From a bacterium (GTDB taxonomy: Bacteria > UBA8248 > JACPRG01 > G963555815): a stretch of 64,000 nucleotides of DNA. This document shows positions 60,352 through 64,000 of the stretch, piece after piece (position 1 is the stretch's first letter; every line of letters starts with the position of its first letter). Made by a program: the position numbers and the translations under genes. Under the pieces are notes generated by a model. That model was not told where the DNA came from, did not search any database, and saw only the letters and a list, made by a program, of their open reading frames with translations. The stretch lies in the NCBI GenBank assembly GCA_965261595.1, contig CBDHDG010000004.1, positions 224,001-288,000 of the forward strand, given 5' to 3'.

Positions 60352-60508
60352 TTCGATGGCTCCTCGATTCAGGAGAGGGCGGAGCGCGTTCCGGAACGGC
60401 GGTCTGATCTTATTCGATCTTCAGGGCTGGAAGAAACGGCCCCACAAGAAAAGCCCCGGAAAACAAACATCTGAACAAGGCCTTGCGTCCGGTGGTATGA
60501 TTCCGGAC

Positions 60509-61150
60509 ATGAGTGCGCGGCGGCTCCCCACCGGGAAACCATTCCACCGACGCCTTCGCCCGGCCGGCCTGCCCTGGCTGGCCGCGTTGGCGCTTGTCCT
60601 GCCGGCGCTCGCGGGGTGTTTTCCCTCGGGCGCCTCCGATCCCGATCCAGCCTCTCCTCCCGGCAAGGAGGCAAAGGCCAAAACCCCGGAAGACGTGGAA
60701 AGCGCCCCCATTCTCAAGCGGGGGAAATCGGCGGGAAAACCCGGGAAGCCCGGGAGGTTCTGGGTCACGGTCCTCCGCGTCATCGACGGCGTCACCTTTT
60801 CCCTCGACACGCAAAACGTAGTCCGTCTCATCGGCGTCCAGCCTCCGAAGGCGCGCGTCGGGAGGACGTACCGGGAGTATTTCGAGCGGGTGGTCACCCC
60901 CGCCGTCCGGCAGATCGTGGAGGGCAAGCGCGTTTACCTCATGCGCGACAAAGTCATCCGGGGCCGAGACGGCCGTCCGCTTCTTTACGTGTTCCTGGAA
61001 GACCGGACCATGCTGAACGCGATCCTCATCCAGAAGGGCTACGGCCGCGTGACCCATGAAGTCCCTTTCAAGTTTCAGGATGAGTTCAAGCTCTGGGAGC
61101 GCGAGGCCCGGAGCATCGGTCTGGGCTTCTGGGAGCGCGCCGGCCGATGA
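60509..61150 (+). CDS. Thermonuclease (SNase)-fold lipoprotein with degenerate active site
   Basis: Lipobox LAGC, RVIDGVT, VRLIGV, GRPLLYV, LNAILIQKGYG, EREAR..GLGFW. Start may be 60497. Confidence 0.8.
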   Translation: MSARRLPTGKPFHRRLRPAGLPWLAALALVLPALAGCFPSGASDPDPASPPGKEAKAKTPEDVESAPILKRGKSAGKPGKPGRFWVTVLRVIDGVTFSLDTQNVVRLIGVQPPKARVGRTYREYFERVVTPAVRQIVEGKRVYLMRDKVIRGRDGRPLLYVFLEDRTMLNAILIQKGYGRVTHEVPFKFQDEFKLWEREARSIGLGFWERAGR

Positions 61151-61189
61151 AACTGCCCCGCCCCGACCGTTCCCGCCGGGAGGCATCCA

Positions 61190-61750
61190 TTGTTCACCGT
61201 TGAAACCGTTGCCATCGGCTCCGAGCTCCTGACCGGTGAGGTCCTGGATACGAACACCCGCTGGATCTGCACGCACGTAACCGGAATGGGGGGCGGGGTC
61301 GAGCGGGCGCACATCGTGGCGGATTCCACAGCGGACATCGCCGAAGTCCTCCGGTCCTGCCTGCGCCGCAGGCCGTCCTCGATCATCACGTGCGGAGGTC
61401 TCGGGTCCACGGCCAACGACATGACCCTGTTTGCCGTGGCGAGCGCCCTGAACCTGGAAATGGTGCTGCACCCCGAGGCGAAGGAATGGGTCCGCAAGCG
61501 TTATGAAGAGCTGGCAGAGGCGGGCGCGGTCGATTCCGCCGAGATGACCCCCGCCCGGGAAAAGATGGCCTACCTCCCCGCCAGGGCCGAACCCCTGCCG
61601 AACCGGGTGGGCGGGGCGCCGGGCGTACGGTGCCCCGCCGAGGACTGCGAGATCATCTGCCTGCCGGGGGTTCCGGCGGAGATGCGCGGGGTCTTCGAGG
61701 AGAGCCTATCGCCGCTGTGGCGGAAGCGGCTCGGCGCGGCCGGGGGTTGA
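61190..61750 (+). CDS. CinA N-terminal (molybdopterin-binding-like) domain protein
   Basis: AIGSELLTGEVLDTN, GGLG, KMAYLP, NRVGGAPG, LPGVPAEM. Confidence 0.85.
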   Translation: MFTVETVAIGSELLTGEVLDTNTRWICTHVTGMGGGVERAHIVADSTADIAEVLRSCLRRRPSSIITCGGLGSTANDMTLFAVASALNLEMVLHPEAKEWVRKRYEELAEAGAVDSAEMTPAREKMAYLPARAEPLPNRVGGAPGVRCPAEDCEIICLPGVPAEMRGVFEESLSPLWRKRLGAAGG

Positions 61751-61892
61751 CCAGGCCTTTGCTTGCATTCCTGCTCTGAACGGGTATGTGAGGGAGCGGG
61801 ACGAAGACGGTCTCTGTCGCTTGGTCTCGCTCGGGATAGGCTTGCCCATCCCCTATTTCTTCAAATGAAAACCCAACGATAAAGCGCTCTTC

Positions 61893-62642
61893 TTACTCTG
61901 CGCGCCGCGCGATGTGACCCGCAACGGCCCCCACCCCGAAACGGCAAACCTCGAGAACCTCCAGCCCCGAAGATTCCAGCAGCTTCGAGAGACCGGGAAT
62001 CCCCGGAAAGGTCTCCAGCGAGCGGCGAAGCCAGAGGTAATCCTCCCGGCCCCCTTTGGCGAGATTGGCGAGGAAGGGAAGGAGCCACCGCAGGTACGCG
62101 AAGATGACGGGGCGCAGCGGCCCCCGCTCGGGGCGCGTTAGCTCCAGAGAAACGAAAAGCCCTCCGGGACGCAACACACGCGCGGCCTCCCGAAGGGCGG
62201 CGGGCAGGTCGATGACGTTTCGGAGACCGAAGCCGACCGTCGCCAGGTCGAACGTCCCGTCGCGAAACAGGGACAGGTCCGTCGCGTCCGCCCGCAGCCA
62301 GACCGCCTCCGCGCCCGCGCGGCGGGTCCGCTCCACGGCCACGCGGATCATCGGCTCGCAAAAGTCCAGCCCCACCAGCCGGGCGTCCTGACCCAGGATT
62401 TCCCGGAGAAGAAAAAGGTAGTCGCCCGTCCCGCAACAAAGATCCAGTCCGCGGATCGGCCTGCCGCCGGTCCGATCGGATAGATGAGCAAGCGCCCGCT
62501 TGAGGGTCTTTCTTCTCCAGGCCCGGTGGCGCCCGCCCGTGATGAAACCATTGGCCAGATCATAGTGGGGCGCGACGCGGGTAAAGAGGCTCCGGACGTA
62601 CGCCGCCCTTTGCGCGCCGGTCAATTCTTCAGGCGACGGCAT
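61893..62642 (-). CDS. Ubiquinone/menaquinone biosynthesis methyltransferase (UbiE/MenG)
   Basis: YDLAN, HRAWRR, DLCCGTGD, GFGLRNV, RVLRPGG, YLWLRRS. Confidence 0.9.
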   Translation of the reverse strand: MPSPEELTGAQRAAYVRSLFTRVAPHYDLANGFITGGRHRAWRRKTLKRALAHLSDRTGGRPIRGLDLCCGTGDYLFLLREILGQDARLVGLDFCEPMIRVAVERTRRAGAEAVWLRADATDLSLFRDGTFDLATVGFGLRNVIDLPAALREAARVLRPGGLFVSLELTRPERGPLRPVIFAYLRWLLPFLANLAKGGREDYLWLRRSLETFPGIPGLSKLLESSGLEVLEVCRFGVGAVAGHIARRAE

Positions 62643-62913
62643 CCGATCTCCCCTAACTCCCTCCCGGGGGCTTCCCGGGGTGATGGGTTTCCATTCCCTT
62701 TCCGTATCCGGCCCTTCTAAGTCAATGGGCGGATCATGTCAACGGCCAACGGGTCCCCCGGGCCCCCCGGAAATCGGTCCTCGCGGCATGGGACTGTCCA
62801 GCCGCCAAACGGGCGACACCCCCCCCTCTCTCCCCTCCCCCCGGAAGCTCTTCGAAGATTTTTCCCCGCAAAACGTTTGGCCGGGTGAAATTTCCGGCTG
62901 GATCATGTAAAAC

Positions 62914-62928
62914 TTTCCGTTATGGAAA
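62914..62928. promoter_or_regulatory. Palindrome upstream of the solute-binding protein gene
   Basis: TTTCC-GTTAT-GGAAA. Confidence 0.35.
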
Positions 62929-63027
62929 CATTGTCATCGAGACGGGGGTTTCGATAGGGAAGATTTTTTACGGCTGCGAAGAGGGCTAACGCTCTAAACA
63001 CGGACACCTCAAACGGGAGAACGAGTG

Positions 63028-64000
63028 ATGAGCCAAGGGAAAAGAATCAGCCGTCGGAGATTTGTCCAGGGTGTGGGTTGGGTCGCGGCGGGCGCGACGG
63101 TGGGGGCCTTCGCCGCTCCGCGGCGCGCGTTCGGCGCGAAAAAGGTCGTGGGCGCCGGTCTCGGACCCCCGTCGAACTCCACCATGATGCTCCCCATCAT
63201 CCAGGGGCTCAAACTGGGCGAGAAGCACGGCCTGGATTTCAAGGTCAATCTCTACCGCCGCCTGGGGGCCATGTACGCCGACTTCGCCACCCACAAGTGG
63301 GAGAGCGTGTATAACCCGGCGTTCTCCAACGCGGCGAGGTTTTACAGCAAGGGCATCCCCATCCAGCTCATGTTCACCTACACCACCGCCAACCACGCCT
63401 TCGTCTCGAAAGACCCCAAGATTCGCGAGGCGGCGGATCTCAAAGGGAAAACGGTCGCCGCGACGACGGGATCGGGCTTCTGGGGGATGGCGGTCCTGTT
63501 CCTGCGGCACCACGGAATGAATCACCGGAAGGACTTGAACATCCTCAGCGCCTCGCCTCCGGCGGTTGCGACGCAACTCTATGCCGGGAAGGTGGACGCG
63601 GGAATCGTCTGGGAGCCCAACCTTTCCAAGATGCTGACCTCGGGGTTCCACCTGGTGGGCGACATGAGCGCCGGCGTTCGCAAAGAGATCGGCCTGGCCC
63701 CGGACGCGCCGGTCTGGTATCTGGGCGCGTACGGCTGGAAGTCCTGGCTCGACGAAGACCACGACCGCAACGTGAGCATCATGCGGATGTGGCAGGACGC
63801 GGTGAGGTTCTACTACAAGGAGCCCGAGCGGGCCGACAAGTTCATCAGCGCCTTCACGAAGATCCCCATCAAGGCCCTGAAGTACAGCCGTGAGCACAAG
63901 TTCATGACCTTCCTGGTGGAGCCTTCCAAGGACCGGAAGGATGAGATCATGGCGACGCTCAAGGGATTCAAGTCGGTGGGCCGGCTGAAGAAGCTCCCCG
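63028..64000 (+). CDS. ABC transporter substrate-binding protein (SsuA/NMT1-like) with Tat signal, truncated by the window edge
   Basis: Manual translation: MSQGKRISRRRFVQG...AADLKGKTVAATTGS...GKVDAGIVWEP, with GGGAG RBS. Confidence 0.85.
   Translation, partial: MSQGKRISRRRFVQGVGWVAAGATVGAFAAPRRAFGAKKVVGAGLGPPSNSTMMLPIIQGLKLGEKHGLDFKVNLYRRLGAMYADFATHKWESVYNPAFSNAARFYSKGIPIQLMFTYTTANHAFVSKDPKIREAADLKGKTVAATTGSGFWGMAVLFLRHHGMNHRKDLNILSASPPAVATQLYAGKVDAGIVWEPNLSKMLTSGFHLVGDMSAGVRKEIGLAPDAPVWYLGAYGWKSWLDEDHDRNVSIMRMWQDAVRFYYKEPERADKFISAFTKIPIKALKYSREHKFMTFLVEPSKDRKDEIMATLKGFKSVGRLKKLP

Overview
GC-rich (roughly two-thirds G+C by eye) bacterial chromosomal window, mostly housekeeping genes on the minus strand: asd, leuB, mtaB, queG, glyQS, hom-thrC-apgM-like-lysC-cimA, lipA, argS, recO, era, prpE and aspS, with hisS, cobB and comEC on the plus strand. 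Accessory content includes an IS256 end next to a cation/H+ antiporter with a structured leader, and three tandem UbiD paralogues of which the middle one lacks the catalytic residues. A K+ channel gene is split by an IS3-family element upstream of a CGNR zinc finger / CHASE2 adenylate cyclase / SH3 / M48 peptidase cluster. A sigma54 module has a consensus promoter and IHF site and is followed by a second IS3. Two window-wide patterns stand out: short 15-20% GC islets sharing an IHF-like 14-mer, even inside argS and glyS, and in-frame Gly-rich insertions encoded by G/A tracts in several core enzymes. Six single-base frameshifts are probably largely assembly errors. No rRNA, tRNA or CRISPR array was seen. 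All family calls come from motifs read by eye, with no database searches.
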